Shown here: positions 1 to 8,064 of the stretch, in pieces
Layout: each line of letters starts with the position of its first letter
Position numbering within the stretch: the stretch's first letter is position 1
IMG/VR virus record: IMGVR_UViG_3300031746_000001
Length of the DNA: 64,000 nt
Direction: 5' to 3' (one strand)
From: a virus
Program-made: the position numbers and the translations under genes
The notes under the pieces: generated by a model
Database searches by the model: none
Seen by the model: the letters and a program-made list of their open reading frames with translations, nothing else
Told to the model about the DNA's origin: nothing

Positions 1-366
1 GTCGTAGTCCCGGAAGTCCGTGATCAAGCATCCGGCTTCCGTAACGAGCTTCTGGACCATAGACTCAAACGACTTCGGCACACGCTTCGAGAGATAGGGC
101 GAAAGCGAGAACAGGCAGTAACGGAACTTGACGCTCCGGAATTCCCCGGTCTCGGGATCCTTAAAGTCGGCGGGGACTTTAGAGAAGTCACTGTCCCCGG
201 AATCGAGCTCCGGAACACAACCGTAACGGGTGAACCAAAACCACTTCAAGGCCACACGATACTTCCTCACGACCGGGGCGATGATTGCTCCGAACACCGT
301 CTCGGCCCACAGGGTCTCAAAGCGTTTCGTTCGGGGAATCCAAATCCGAGTTTGTCTTATAGTCAT
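1..366 (-). CDS. hypothetical protein, runs off the left edge (MTIRQTRIWIP...)
   Basis: ATG at 366 overlaps the upstream stop (ATGA); frame stays open to position 1. Confidence 0.6.
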   Translation of the reverse strand, partial: MTIRQTRIWIPRTKRFETLWAETVFGAIIAPVVRKYRVALKWFWFTRYGCVPELDSGDSDFSKVPADFKDPETGEFRSVKFRYCLFSLSPYLSKRVPKSFESMVQKLVTEAGCLITDFRDYD

Positions 367-518
367 CTCAGCCTGATCCCCTTGGCACAGCACCGCTTGA
401 ACCGCACTCCACTCCCGCAGATGCACCTGCTGTTCCGGCTGATCCACTTCCGATCCTTCAGAATCCTCTCCCGCAACGCCTTCGGGAGAACGTCTAGGTT
501 GACGGGCTTGTATTCCAT
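363..518 (-). CDS. small SEC-C motif protein (51 aa)
   Basis: Hand translation MEYKPV...RNSRCICGSGVRFKRCC matches the SEC-C Zn-binding motif; GGAGAGG upstream. Confidence 0.7.
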   Translation of the reverse strand: MEYKPVNLDVLPKALRERILKDRKWISRNSRCICGSGVRFKRCCAKGIRLR

Positions 519-871
519 TCCTCTCCCTCCCCATGACTAAGGTAAATATCCAGCAGATAATCCCTCTTGGTCGGCTCCTCATCCTTTGGAACTTGAACAA
601 ACTTATCGCACCAGCGGCAGTTTCGGTCTATAAACTTCCCCCCTCCGTAGCCCCACTCCGTCTTGCTTAACTCATGGCCCGTCGTTGCCCCGCACAGCCA
701 CTCGAGAAACAGCCTCGGCCTGGCCTTCCGTAAGATCACACCCCGCTTGTTTCGCTTCCACCTCTTCGGGCCGCAATACCAGAGCTGGGGATACTGCCAC
801 CTGTCGGGCCGCCAGTTCTTGGGATGCAGACGGGCTACGATAGGCAGAATCCAAAGAAGAAACCTACTCAT
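494..871 (-). CDS. hypothetical protein
   Basis: ORF coupled to neighbours; contains C/H and CxxC residues. Confidence 0.55.
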   Translation of the reverse strand: MSRFLLWILPIVARLHPKNWRPDRWQYPQLWYCGPKRWKRNKRGVILRKARPRLFLEWLCGATTGHELSKTEWGYGGGKFIDRNCRWCDKFVQVPKDEEPTKRDYLLDIYLSHGEGEEWNTSPST

Positions 872-1143
872 CGATGAAACCTCCTATCCCATTCCGATCG
901 CTTTCTAGCCAAGACAGCCCTGAATCTTCTATTGGCCATTCTACCATATACCTCGCATACTTTAATCCAGTCACTCACCTCGTTCAAATCTAGAATAAAC
1001 AACCGCACCAAATCATCCCGCTGGACAACTCCTAATATCTTTTTGATATATGCAATCGTTCCCTCCCTGTCTTTTCGATCTATAACGATGCTCGGTAAAT
1101 TACTAAGCTCCCATAAACTTTCCTTAACGAGAGGCGCTCTCAT
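868..1143 (-). CDS. hypothetical protein
   Basis: ATGA overlaps on both sides. Confidence 0.55.
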   Translation of the reverse strand: MRAPLVKESLWELSNLPSIVIDRKDREGTIAYIKKILGVVQRDDLVRLFILDLNEVSDWIKVCEVYGRMANRRFRAVLARKRSEWDRRFHR

Positions 1144-1643
1144 CTCAGCACCTCCAAAATTCTCCTTGCCGTGTGTTCCCGACCAAATTCCCTAAGATAC
1201 TTGATGGCCTCTTTTAAGATTTCATGATCATCCCCAGCCAATCCCAACATGATGTTGTGTATCTTACAGAGAATACCCCTCACCTTCCCGGTAACGTGAT
1301 CATGATCAACCGTAGCCATATTACTATGCGTAGCCTCTGGATCTGAGGGATGTTTAACGGACACCCCACAGATAGCACATCTCCCCTTATGCCTTTTATA
1401 TAAAGCATCATAATCCTTCAACGAAAGTCCATACACAGACTTAAGATGATAGGCGCGCTTATCTATCGGGTGATCTTTCCTATATTGTCTATCACGAGCG
1501 AGCTTCGCAGTCCTATTCTTACGATACCACTTTTGCCAAGATTTGTGGCGAGCCGGTTTGTTGTTCTGATAGTTTCTTCTATCCCTCAGAATTTTGGCTC
1601 TTCTACGGGGGTCTGCAATAGTAGTTAAATCTATTTTCCTCAT
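1140..1643 (-). CDS. free-standing HNH endonuclease, endonuclease VII-like
   Basis: YGLS..Y...CAIC...VDHDHVTGKVRGILC..HN..LG motif; AT-rich. Confidence 0.85.
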   Translation of the reverse strand: MRKIDLTTIADPRRRAKILRDRRNYQNNKPARHKSWQKWYRKNRTAKLARDRQYRKDHPIDKRAYHLKSVYGLSLKDYDALYKRHKGRCAICGVSVKHPSDPEATHSNMATVDHDHVTGKVRGILCKIHNIMLGLAGDDHEILKEAIKYLREFGREHTARRILEVLR

Positions 1644-2686
1644 CTCAAAATCTCTAAAATTCTACGAGCCGTTATTTCCCAAGTAAATCTCTCTCGCATC
1701 CTTTGTGCGGCCTTCTTTCCCTTCTCACGAACCTCATCCCGGTGCTTGTAACAGTGCCACATAAGCTCCTTCAGATCTTCGATCTTGATCACGGCGAACC
1801 CGAACTGCTGTCCCTTGAGCTCCGGGCCGGACCCGACTATGTTCCGGGTAGGCTCAAAGCGTATGGGATATCCGATCTCATCTGTCATGTATTCGGCCAT
1901 GCCGGAGTGCGCCGGGGCGATCGCCGGGATCCCCGTCGCCATCGCCTCACAGGGAGACATCCCCCAACCCTCCCCCTGCGACGGATAGACGAATACGTCA
2001 CAGGACTTATACATCTCAGCCATCTCCCCCTCTTCATAGAGATCATTTATGACCTTGATCTTATCAAAGTTAAATCCATGAGCGAGATAGGGAGCGGATT
2101 TTATATACAGGTAGACGTCGTCCACGTCCTTGAACAGGTCGAGAAAGGCTTCCACGACCATATTGGGGTTCTTCCGAGCTGAGAGCGTCCCGGCCATGAC
2201 GAAGGTGAAAGTCTCCCGGGGCGGCCGCTCATAATACTGGTAGACCTCCACATCCGCACCCAGGGGTATGACGTAGACGGGTTGAGTGCATCCGGCCTCA
2301 ATCCATAACTGCTTATTCTGCTCGCAGGGAACGAAGTTCGCGGCTACCATGTTCGTCCCGGCGACCCAGGCTTGCGGGAAGGGAATGAACTCCCACATCG
2401 AAAAGCCGATCTTAACGCTCCCCGGGGCAAGGTTGAAGCTCGGAGGCGTCGACATGCGGATCCCGTAGGTCGTCTCCACATGGAGACCCCGCTGGGCGAT
2501 CTGCTGGACCCGGGGATGAACACCGACGAGCCTAGTATGCCCCCAGGCCGTCGTGGAATACATGTCGACCCCGAGCCGATCCAACCACATAATGATCTTC
2601 TCTGCGGCATGGCCATAACCGTCATCAATCCCTAAAGGCGCATCGAACCGCAGTTTGTTCTCGAAGGGAGGCTTGCCGGGAATCAT
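1640..2686 (-). CDS. GT4 family glycosyltransferase
   Basis: RKN, DVFVYPSQGEGWGMSPCEAMATGIP and FTWE motifs; start moved to the coupled ATG at 2686. Confidence 0.9.
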   Translation of the reverse strand: MIPGKPPFENKLRFDAPLGIDDGYGHAAEKIIMWLDRLGVDMYSTTAWGHTRLVGVHPRVQQIAQRGLHVETTYGIRMSTPPSFNLAPGSVKIGFSMWEFIPFPQAWVAGTNMVAANFVPCEQNKQLWIEAGCTQPVYVIPLGADVEVYQYYERPPRETFTFVMAGTLSARKNPNMVVEAFLDLFKDVDDVYLYIKSAPYLAHGFNFDKIKVINDLYEEGEMAEMYKSCDVFVYPSQGEGWGMSPCEAMATGIPAIAPAHSGMAEYMTDEIGYPIRFEPTRNIVGSGPELKGQQFGFAVIKIEDLKELMWHCYKHRDEVREKGKKAAQRMRERFTWEITARRILEILR

Positions 2687-3678
2687 GGCAAGACGATTGC
2701 CGAGAGAGATTTGTCCAGAAGCCTCGGATGGTAGGAAGCAAGCTCCTCCACCATCTTCGGAATCGTAGGAATCTCTTCGTAGCCTGCGAGCCTCCATAGT
2801 TCACGGTTGATATTCGCATACACGGTTGACAGCGATCGGTCCAAACCCATCTCATGTGGAGCCCTGCCCTGATGCGGTACGATCCGGATGTCCTCCCGAT
2901 GATAAGCCGTAGCAAAACACTTCAAGAGCTCAAACTTATTGATCCGGTCCCGGGGGACGACGTGCTGGACCCCCCGGAACTTCAACGTGCGATAGTCCCA
3001 CATGATCCCCCAGCAGATCTTGGCGAAGTGCAGGGATGTTATCCCGTTCCAGGTATGGCCAACGAAACCGTTTACGCTGGCCCCCCGTTCCTGGCTCCGA
3101 AACCAGTCGAGCAAGGACTGGTGGGTCCTGAGCTCCGGGCCGACGATAGAACATCGGAGATTGATAAACCGATCCGAGGAAACTTCCCCGAGGCTCTTGG
3201 TCTTGCCGTAGACGTCGGTAGCGTCATGGAGAGCGTTCTCCGAGTACAATCCCGTCTGCCCCGAGAACACGCAGTCCGTGGTAATCTGAATCACCCGGAA
3301 GCCCTCCCACTCCGAGGCGACCGCAAGGAGGTACGGGAAGATCGCATTCACCCGGACCGCCCGCTCGACGCTCTCCCGATCATTCTCCACGATATGCTTG
3401 TTGATCACCCCGATGCAATTCACGACCCAATCCACGCCCTTTAGAGATTCTCCAACATCTCCTGACACACAAAGCTCGGCATCCAGGTGTCGGAACTCCA
3501 CTCCGGGGTAGGACTCCTTCAGCTTAACGTAAAGGTCGGGTCCGGGATCCTCTTCCCGGATTTGAAACCGACCTATGGCCACCAGATGACACGCCCCATC
3601 GAGAACGCCCTGGTAGAAGTAATCCAAGACCATCGACCCGAGCATTCCAGTAGGTCCTAAGACGGCTATGCTCTTCAT
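2683..3678 (-). CDS. RmlD-like NDP-4-keto-6-deoxysugar reductase
   Basis: GPTGMLG, ITTDCVFSG and YGKTK motifs. Confidence 0.85.
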   Translation of the reverse strand: MKSIAVLGPTGMLGSMVLDYFYQGVLDGACHLVAIGRFQIREEDPGPDLYVKLKESYPGVEFRHLDAELCVSGDVGESLKGVDWVVNCIGVINKHIVENDRESVERAVRVNAIFPYLLAVASEWEGFRVIQITTDCVFSGQTGLYSENALHDATDVYGKTKSLGEVSSDRFINLRCSIVGPELRTHQSLLDWFRSQERGASVNGFVGHTWNGITSLHFAKICWGIMWDYRTLKFRGVQHVVPRDRINKFELLKCFATAYHREDIRIVPHQGRAPHEMGLDRSLSTVYANINRELWRLAGYEEIPTIPKMVEELASYHPRLLDKSLSAIVLP

Positions 3679-3680
3679 TG

Positions 3681-4358
3681 TTACTCCTTGAAAAAGCGAA
3701 TGAGACAGCGGTCACCCATAGTGTCCACCATCTCATGCTTCTTGAATCCGGCCCTGGTCGCCATCCGCACAATGCAGGGAAGCGTAAGCCCCCAATAATT
3801 GGTGTCATCGTTATTCAATTGCCGGGGGTTGTAGAAGTAGCCGATCGGATCGTCTCCCTTGATAAAATGCCCCTCCAAGACCATGCACTGCCTCGTCAGC
3901 CGAGCAAGAACCTTCATGGCCATATAGGGGTCTTCCAGGTGATAGATCGTCCCGAAGAAAAGGGAGACATCGAACTCCTCCTTGAGGGACGGTAGATCCC
4001 GGACGTCCATGTGTAGGTAGCGGATCCCGTCCACCGGCCTCCCCACCTCGTTGAGAAGTTCCCGGGCGAGCTCGAAGCCTTTCATTCCGACTTTGTTCTG
4101 GTAGGAGTCGATCGCCAAGACATCCGAAGCCCCCTGCTCCCGAAGGTAGAACGTAAACAGCCCATCCCAGGCGCCGACGTCCAAGCACTTCTTCCCGGTC
4201 ACGGCGGGGATGGCTTTAATCTTCCAGAGGGAGAACTCGGCAGGCTCCGTCCCGGGCGTCTGAAACCAATCGTTGCCCACCTTCTTGATCGAAATCCTGT
4301 GAAACCAACGAGGGACGACGTTACAGCGGGCCCTCAGTCTACCAAGCTCGGGGTTCAT
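3681..4358 (-). CDS. class I SAM-dependent methyltransferase (CmoB/DUF1698-like)
   Basis: LDVGAWDG motif I; FDxxLFFGxIYHLxDP. Confidence 0.8.
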   Translation of the reverse strand: MNPELGRLRARCNVVPRWFHRISIKKVGNDWFQTPGTEPAEFSLWKIKAIPAVTGKKCLDVGAWDGLFTFYLREQGASDVLAIDSYQNKVGMKGFELARELLNEVGRPVDGIRYLHMDVRDLPSLKEEFDVSLFFGTIYHLEDPYMAMKVLARLTRQCMVLEGHFIKGDDPIGYFYNPRQLNNDDTNYWGLTLPCIVRMATRAGFKKHEMVDTMGDRCLIRFFKE

Positions 4359-4579
4359 GTTTTCCTCCTGATAAACTGCCGTGCGATCCCATGAGCTGAC
4401 TGCGCCATATTAAGCCCCCCGTTGATCTTCCGAAGGAACTTCTCTTTCTGGCATTTTCTTATCGGGGCAACGGCAACCGTTCCCCGGAGATACCGAGGGA
4501 CAACTTTCTCCATAAGATGCTTGCTCATCTCATCGAACTGGTCGGACTGCATGAACTCTATCAGCTTTTTAGCATCCAT
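4355..4579 (-). CDS. hypothetical protein
   Basis: Coupled ORF. Confidence 0.5.
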   Translation of the reverse strand: MDAKKLIEFMQSDQFDEMSKHLMEKVVPRYLRGTVAVAPIRKCQKEKFLRKINGGLNMAQSAHGIARQFIRRKT

Positions 4580-5004
4580 CAGATTGGCTCCTTAACTCGG
4601 ATTTCCCCATCCGGAACGAAAGGCGCCAAATCGAAGATCGCCAAAGCGTTTCTCATCGCTTCGATCCGACCCTCCGCACCGAGAAAGGTAGTGGTATAGC
4701 GAAATACTTCATCGAGAGAAGCATTATAATCCAAACTGAAAAGTATCCTGCCCGTAGTGACCTCGACGACGCAAAGCCCTTCCTTCTTCTCGGACATCGG
4801 AACGCCGTCTTTGAACCTCTGTAACTGGATGGGTCGCTGGATAAACAGCCGGAACTCCTCAAGGCCGGGAACGGTTATCTCCTCCCCGAGCTCCCGCTTC
4901 CAAGCCACCTCCCCCGGCGTCTCCGTAGTCACCGCCACGAGGAACTCCTTCTGCGATCCCTGCGGATCCAGAACTTCATCCGGATTGGTGATCTGATTAT
5001 TCAT
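4579..5004 (-). CDS. hypothetical protein with tail IRVKEPI
   Basis: ATG shares its A with the CCA of tRNA-Pro. Confidence 0.6.
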   Translation of the reverse strand: MNNQITNPDEVLDPQGSQKEFLVAVTTETPGEVAWKRELGEEITVPGLEEFRLFIQRPIQLQRFKDGVPMSEKKEGLCVVEVTTGRILFSLDYNASLDEVFRYTTTFLGAEGRIEAMRNALAIFDLAPFVPDGEIRVKEPI

Positions 5005-5080
5005 GGTCGGGGAGGCCGGGCTCGAACCGGCGACCTCCTGCTCCCAGGGCAGGCGCTCTTGCCATCTGAGCTACTCCCCG
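5004..5080 (-). tRNA. tRNA-Pro(TGG), C33
   Basis: Cloverleaf; anticodon arm CCTGC-CCTGGGA-GCAGG; CCA encoded. Confidence 0.9.
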
Positions 5081-5090
5081 ATCATCACAG

Positions 5091-5167
5091 TGGTCGGGGT
5101 GAGAGGATTTGAACCTCTGACGTCCTGGTCCCGAACCAGGCGCTCTACCGGACTGAGCCACACCCCG
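5091..5167 (-). tRNA. tRNA-Pro(CGG)
   Basis: Loop TTCGGGA; CCA encoded. Confidence 0.92.
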
Positions 5168-5173
5168 ATCTTT

Positions 5174-5248
5174 AGCGGGGACGACGGGTTTCGATCCCGC
5201 GACCTCCTGCGTGGCATACAGGCGCTCTACCATCTGAGCTACACCCGC
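5174..5248 (-). tRNA. tRNA-Gly(GCC), irregular acceptor stem
   Basis: Loop ATGCCAC; 2 extra nt in the 3' acceptor strand; no CCA. Confidence 0.7.
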
Positions 5249-5256
5249 TCGTCTTA

Positions 5257-5344
5257 TGGCGGAGCGAGAATGATTCGAACATTCGGGACCCGTGAGTCCA
5301 ACGGTTTAGCAAACCGTCGCCTTCGACCACTCGGCCATCGCTCC
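5257..5344 (-). tRNA. tRNA-Ser(GCT)
   Basis: Loop TTGCTAA; long variable arm; CCA. Confidence 0.9.
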
Positions 5345-5350
5345 GGGATC

Positions 5351-5426
5351 TGGTGCCGGAGGGCGGTATCGCGCCGCCTACGCCAGGCTCTTCAGACCTG
5401 CGCTCTACTATTTGAGCTACTCCGGC
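5351..5426 (-). tRNA. tRNA-Phe(GAA)
   Basis: Loop CTGAAGA; atypical T-loop CGCGATA; CCA. Confidence 0.85.
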
Positions 5427-5431
5427 TAATC

Positions 5432-5516
5432 TGGTGCCGAGAGAGGGATTTGAACCCTCACGCCAAAGGCACACGCCCCTCGAACGTGCGTGTCTACCAA
5501 GTTTCACCATCTCGGC
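5432..5516 (-). tRNA. tRNA-Leu(GAG), C33
   Basis: CACGT-TCGAGGG-GCGTG; variable arm; CCA. Confidence 0.88.
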
Positions 5517-5522
5517 ATTAAG

Positions 5523-5593
5523 CTGAGGGAGAAGGAGTCGAACCCTCATCACAAGGTTCAAAGCCTTGCGGCCTACCGTTGGCCTATCCCCCA
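5523..5593 (-). tRNA. tRNA-Gln(TTG)
   Basis: Loop CTTTGAA; no CCA. Confidence 0.85.
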
Positions 5594-5596
5594 TCG

Positions 5597-5680
5597 TGGT
5601 GTCGGGCCGGGGATTCGAACCCCGACGATCGCTCAAATGGGTTTGAGCCATTCGCGTATACCAAGTTCCGCCAGCCCGAC
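5597..5680 (-). tRNA. tRNA-Leu(CAA)
   Basis: Loop CTCAAAC; CCA. Confidence 0.88.
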
Positions 5681-5683
5681 GTT

Positions 5684-5759
5684 TGGCTGAGGGACTGGGA
5701 TTCGAACCCAGATACCGAGGGTCAGAGCCTCGTATCCTATCCAATTAGATGATCCCCCA
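5684..5759 (-). tRNA. tRNA-Gln(CTG)
   Basis: Loop CTCTGAC; CCA. Confidence 0.9.
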
Positions 5760-5762
5760 GAA

Positions 5763-5850
5763 TGGCGGAGACGCCGGGATTTGAACCCGGGGAGCTTTTC
5801 AGCTCGACTGCTTTCCGGACAGCCATCTTAAGCCTCTCGATCACGTCTCC
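5763..5850 (-). tRNA. tRNA-Ser(GGA), C33
   Basis: GCTGT-CCGGAAA-GCAGT; CCA. Confidence 0.88.
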
Positions 5851-5858
5851 CATTACAG

Positions 5859-5945
5859 CGGAGGGCAGGGGACTCGAACCCCCGAGCGCTTTTACACGCC
5901 AGCAGTTTTCAGGACTGCCTCCTCGTACCAGCCGGATCGCCCTCC
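5859..5945 (-). tRNA. tRNA-Ser(TGA), C33
   Basis: GCAGT-CCTGAAA-ACTGC; G at position 8; no CCA. Confidence 0.82.
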
Positions 5946-5950
5946 ATCTA

Positions 5951-6037
5951 TGGCGGAGAGTGAGGGAATCGAACCCTCGACCGCAGTTAACGGTAACGGT
6001 TTTCGGAACCGCTTCCTCGACCAACCGGACACTCTCC
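5951..6037 (-). tRNA. tRNA-Ser(CGA), C33
   Basis: GCGGT-TCCGAAA-ACCGT; CCA. Confidence 0.85.
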
Positions 6038-6044
6038 CTGAAAT

Positions 6045-6132
6045 TGGTGGTGAGGGCAGGATTTGAACCTGCGTGGCTTGTCGGCTTCCGCTCTACAGGC
6101 GGACCCAATCGACCGGACTCTGGCACCTCACC
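6045..6132 (-). tRNA. tRNA-Tyr(GTA)
   Basis: Loop CTGTAGA; variable arm; CCA. Confidence 0.88.
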
Positions 6133-6364
6133 CTTTCTTCTTGACCTTCGGGATCCGGACCGTGGACAGAATCCCCCGAACTTCCATGATCCCTTCCACC
6201 TTCCCGGCAAAGAAGCAGAAGGCTTGAAGGCTCTCCTTCGAGTTTCCCCGCTCGACCAGAGCCTTAAATTGACGCTCGCCTAACTGCTTGTCGGCCCAGG
6301 CGACCGTTCCTTTCTTTGGACCCTCAGGCTCCTTCTTCTTGTGTGATCTCACTGGTTTCTTCAT
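6128..6364 (-). CDS. small basic hypothetical protein inside the tRNA array
   Basis: AAAGGAGG SD before ATG; fills the only large gap in the array. Confidence 0.65.
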   Translation of the reverse strand: MKKPVRSHKKKEPEGPKKGTVAWADKQLGERQFKALVERGNSKESLQAFCFFAGKVEGIMEVRGILSTVRIPKVKKKG

Positions 6365-6383
6365 GCATCCCTCCTTTGGTTAA

Positions 6384-6456
6384 AGCTGGCAAGAGGCATC
6401 GAACCCCCAACCTTCTCCTTACGAAAGAGACGCTCTACCGTTTGAGCTATGCCAGC
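6384..6456 (-). tRNA. tRNA-Thr(CGT)
   Basis: Loop TTCGTAA; no CCA. Confidence 0.85.
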
Positions 6457-6460
6457 ATTC

Positions 6461-6537
6461 TGGACGCGGCAGGGGGAGTCGAACCCCCGCATAGCGGTTC
6501 TGCAGACCGCCGCCTTTAGCCACTTGGCGATGCCGCG
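6461..6537 (-). tRNA. tRNA-Cys(GCA)
   Basis: Loop CTGCAGA; CCA. Confidence 0.9.
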
Positions 6538-6543
6538 ATATCT

Positions 6544-6618
6544 TGGGGTGACCGGGGAGTGTCGAACTCCTGTTCCGTGGGCCACAGCCACGTGTCCTAC
6601 CGTTGGACGACGGCCACC
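6544..6618 (-). tRNA. tRNA-His(GTG)
   Basis: Loop CTGTGGC; G-1 and C73; CCA. Confidence 0.88.
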
Positions 6619-6621
6619 ATA

Positions 6622-6695
6622 AGCCGACGAGAGGAGTCGAACCCCCAACCTTCGCATTACAGGTGCGTTGCTCTACCGGGTTGAGCTACATCGGC
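6622..6695 (-). tRNA. tRNA-Thr(TGT), C33
   Basis: Loop CCTGTAA; no CCA. Confidence 0.85.
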
Positions 6696-6699
6696 ATTC

Positions 6700-6774
6700 T
6701 GGCTCTGGCGGGAGGAGTCGAACCTCCAACAACCCGCTTAACAGCCGGGCACTCTACCGTTGAGTCACGCCAGA
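6700..6774 (-). tRNA. tRNA-Asn(GTT)
   Basis: Loop CTGTTAA; CCA. Confidence 0.88.
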
Positions 6775-6778
6775 ACAT

Positions 6779-6863
6779 TGGTGGGGGAGAAGGGATTTGA
6801 ACCCTTACGCCATAAGCACTGGTGTCTGGAACCAGCGTGTCTACCAAATTTCACCACTCCCCC
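6779..6863 (-). tRNA. tRNA-Leu(CAG), C33
   Basis: CTGGT-TCCAGAC-ACCAG; CCA. Confidence 0.88.
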
Positions 6864-6866
6864 GTT

Positions 6867-6942
6867 TGGTGGGCCCTCCGGGAATCGAACCCGGAACCTT
6901 CGGCTTATGAGACCGGCGCTCTTCCATTTGAGCTAAGGGCCT
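6867..6942 (-). tRNA. tRNA with CAT anticodon (Ile2-like or elongator Met)
   Basis: Loop CTCATAA; CCA. Confidence 0.85.
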
Positions 6943-6943
6943 C

Positions 6944-7019
6944 TGGTGGGGACGGGAGGACTCGAACCTCCAATCTCCTGCTTGTAGGGCAGGCATTCTC
7001 GCCATTGAAATACATCCCC
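6944..7019 (-). tRNA. tRNA-Val(TAC), C33
   Basis: CCTGC-CCTACAA-GCAGG; CCA. Confidence 0.88.
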
Positions 7020-7025
7020 AATTTT

Positions 7026-7102
7026 TGGCAGGAGCGAGAGGATTTGAACCCCTATCAACACGGGTTGGAGCCGTGCGTTCTGATCCATTGAACTACGCTC
7101 CT
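7026..7102 (-). tRNA. tRNA-Trp(CCA)
   Basis: Loop CTCCAAC; CCA. Confidence 0.9.
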
Positions 7103-7103
7103 A

Positions 7104-7192
7104 TGGTGGCGGGCCTGGGATTCGGACCCAGACGGCTATGTAAAGGCCATGAGGGTTTAAGCCTCACTTGTCTACCATTTCATCAGCCCGCC
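7104..7192 (-). tRNA. tRNA-Leu(TAA)
   Basis: Loop CTTAAAC; long variable arm; CCA. Confidence 0.88.
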
Positions 7193-7205
7193 CTTTTATA
7201 AGTCC

Positions 7206-7237
7206 TGGTTGCGGGGCTGGGAGTCGCACCCAGAATC
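7206..7237 (-). pseudogene. orphaned 3' part (T-arm, acceptor strand, CCA) of tRNA-Met
   Basis: ATTCTGGG-TGCGACT-CCCAG-CCCCGCA-ACCA, paralogous to the 3' end of the tRNA at 7923-7997. Confidence 0.8.
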
Positions 7238-7305
7238 CGACAAGGACTTGCTTTCCGTAACCCTACTGTGCTATGATTTAACCGTAACCTAAATCGGAGA
7301 TACCC

Positions 7306-7911
7306 ATGAGAAAAGTATGGCAGTCCGCCGGTGGCATAGCCACAGCTAAAATCCTCAGAGAACGGGCCCTCAAAAAATATTACAAGCATCCCTCAGTCTG
7401 CCTTCAATGCCATAAGGTTATCGAGGTTCCAGATGGCCACAAGGTTGGAGAAACGAAATCCAAATGCTTCTGCAACCACACTTGTGCCGCAATTTTCAAT
7501 AATGCCCGAAGACGCCGAACCCACAAAACATACTCCTATGAATGTGAACGATGCCACGGTTCATATCCCATTCAATATAATTTCAAAAGACGGTTTTGCA
7601 ATGACTGCCTTCAAATTATCAAGTTCGAAAGAAGCATTGCGAGCAAAACCAAAGGCGAATTCTTTAAATCAAAGAACACTTGGCAATTAGCTAGGAGCAA
7701 AATAGCTCGCATGGCAAGACTGATCATAAGGAAATCCGGGATTAAAGCAAAATGTAGAATCTGTGGATATCGAAAACACGTTGAATGCTCTCACAATAAA
7801 AGGGTCGCAGACTTCCCGGACACGGCTTTCATATCTGAAATTAACAATATCAAGAACCTTTCTTATCTCTGCCCTAACCATCACTGGGAACATGAAAACG
7901 GATTACTATAA
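7306..7911 (+). CDS. free-standing HNH endonuclease, antisense to the tRNA array
   Basis: FCxxxC, CRICG...ECSH...N...NL..LCPNHHWE; AT-rich; own SD and TTGCTT-18-TATGAT promoter. Confidence 0.85.
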   Translation: MRKVWQSAGGIATAKILRERALKKYYKHPSVCLQCHKVIEVPDGHKVGETKSKCFCNHTCAAIFNNARRRRTHKTYSYECERCHGSYPIQYNFKRRFCNDCLQIIKFERSIASKTKGEFFKSKNTWQLARSKIARMARLIIRKSGIKAKCRICGYRKHVECSHNKRVADFPDTAFISEINNIKNLSYLCPNHHWEHENGLL

Positions 7912-7922
7912 TCTTCTTAATC

Positions 7923-7997
7923 TGGGAGCGGGGCTCGGATTCGCACCGAGAATTTTCAGGTTATGGGCCTGACGAGTTGCTATTGCTCCACCCCGCC
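7923..7997 (-). tRNA. tRNA-Met(CAT), initiator-like acceptor, C33
   Basis: TCAGG-CCCATAA-CCTGA; GGCGGGG/CCCCGCT acceptor; CCA. Confidence 0.85.
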
Positions 7998-8001
7998 CCT
8001 T

Positions 8002-8064
8002 CTGACTTACCGGATTGGTCTATCCCGCTACGCCCCTGACTTACTGTTGGTCTACCCCGCAACG
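8002..8064 (-). repeat. two tandem tRNA-Met-like 5' fragments
   Basis: TGCGGGG-TA-GACC..AA-GTCAG and AGCGGGA-TA-GACC..AA-GTCAG, i.e. acceptor 5' strand plus D-arm. Confidence 0.6.

Noticed and set aside
4997-7389. Many overlapping ORFs on both strands across the tRNA array
   Set aside because: They are translations of tRNA genes; only 6128-6364 has an SD and fills a gap.
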